Of a stretch of 32,000 nt of DNA, positions 31,061 to 32,000 are shown one piece after another; the stretch's first letter is position 1; each line of letters starts with the position of its first letter. This stretch comes from Wallemia ichthyophaga EXF-994. Lineage: Eukaryota > Fungi > Basidiomycota. Below the pieces are notes generated by a model that was given only the letters and a program-made list of their open reading frames with translations, searched no databases and was not told the origin of the DNA. The translations under genes and the position numbers were made by a program. The stretch lies in contig NW_008806287.1 of assembly GCF_000400465.1 (NCBI RefSeq), positions 1 to 32,000 on the forward strand, in the 5' to 3' direction.

Positions 31061-31563
31061 GGCACTGGTGGTGGTGGTGGTTTGAGCGTGAGGTGTGCTA
31101 AGCATATGGATAAATGCTGAACAACTCGCAGTAATCCACGCCTATGTGGCTTGTAGCCTTGTGCTCTTACTGGGCTGCGGATTTGAGCAGCGTACACGTC
31201 ACTCAGGAAAGGCTATCTGACGCGTTCGCAGTGGTGCGGGAGTATATAGAATATCCAGAGAATCTGGGAATATATGGGAATATCCGATTACAGCAACGGC
31301 TTTTGGATGTTTTGACACACTCACGCACGTACGCGTCTGGAACACAATACAAACAACTTGGCACTGAGATCAAAACCATTTGAAAAGACCAATACGCCTA
31401 TCAGGGAATTCCTACACCTGCTCTAATATACTGCCTTCTTTACTTGGCTCGTATCTGGCTTCTATCCGGCTTAAAGTCAAACTTGAAGCTCTACGGAACA
31501 TCAAGCAATATATAAAGCAATACAGTCCATTGCGTTTCATTAGAAATTAAGCTCCCGCTGCCT

Positions 31564-31595
31564 TCACGTCATAGCTTTTGTCCTAATGACGTCAT
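31564..31595. promoter_or_regulatory. ATF/CREB-type (CRE) site pair
   Basis: Perfect palindrome ATGACGTCAT at 31586-31595 and TCACGTCAT at 31564-31572, about 310-340 bp upstream of the ATG at 31907. Confidence 0.4.
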
Positions 31596-31906
31596 CAGAA
31601 TACGCAGGTAGCTGTCAGAAGGCTTATTTCTTCTTCGGATGGTTGAGTGGCCACGCTCTTATTGATAGCCCTCTATTGCTCTTAATATACCCCACAACGG
31701 TCCCCGAGACATCTGACTGCCCTACCAATACGGTACTCGCAGAAGAACCCAGGTAATCCTTTGTCTACGAAACGCAAAGACACCAAAGGATGTAAATTTC
31801 AAAAATTTTTCAATCAAAAATCATTTTTAATCCAATATACTCCGCCGTTTCATTTAAGTTATTACACCTTGGTTTATTTTTAATCAATCACCGAGAAACT
31901 TAAGCA

Positions 31907-32000
31907 ATGACAGAATTCACAGCATTTAGAGGACAGCACGACGGAACCGTTAAGCAGTCTGTCGGTCGCGTAGACAACCTCGGGAACAAGGATGTTCTCA
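31907..32000 (+). CDS. 5' fragment of a probable zinc-dependent (GroES-fold, medium-chain) alcohol dehydrogenase; truncated by the window edge
   Basis: MTEFTAFRGQHDGTVKQSVGRVDNLGNKDVL resembles the F-x-x-F-K/R-G...L-x-x-x-D/E-V-L start of fungal NADP-dependent/cinnamyl-type ADHs. Follows an AT-rich tract. Only 31 codons are visible. Confidence 0.6.
   Translation, partial: MTEFTAFRGQHDGTVKQSVGRVDNLGNKDVL

Noticed and set aside
1-32000. Prokaryotic features, CRISPR array, transposon, tRNA or rRNA
   Set aside because: Genes are spliceosomal-intron-containing fungal genes. No spaced direct-repeat array, transposase/RT ORF, terminal repeats or cloverleaf/T-loop pattern was recognised by eye.

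Overview
Eukaryotic, not prokaryotic. This is a very gene-dense fungal window with short GT-AG introns (20 reconstructed by hand, mostly 41-61 nt), CTAAC/CTGAC/CTCAC branch points and intergenic gaps often under 200 bp. Compactness and basidiomycete-type proteins suggest a Wallemia-like genome (inference, not a database match). I can support 16 complete protein-coding genes plus one 5' fragment: two hypothetical genes, DBP3, an Sst2/FlbA-type DEP-RGS protein, two disordered hypothetical proteins, mitochondrial PheRS (MSF1), a full-length ABCB/MDR exporter, SSN6/CYC8, a cysteine-free secreted helical-repeat protein, ornithine aminotransferase, peroxisomal dienoyl-CoA isomerase (six exons, one of 9 nt), ERF4, eIF3e, PI31, a Ypp1/TTC7-like scaffold and the start of a probable Zn-dependent alcohol dehydrogenase. 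No tRNA, rRNA, transposon or CRISPR was recognised. Most content is housekeeping. The most interesting observations are the orphan secreted amphipathic-helix repeat protein, a 5' splice-site population dominated by GTGGGT, and divergent gene pairs whose ATGs are only 20 bp and 52 bp apart, so that promoter-like AT tracts fall inside the partner gene's intron or coding sequence. Exon boundaries were inferred from splice motifs, frame continuity and remembered family motifs, with no RNA data.
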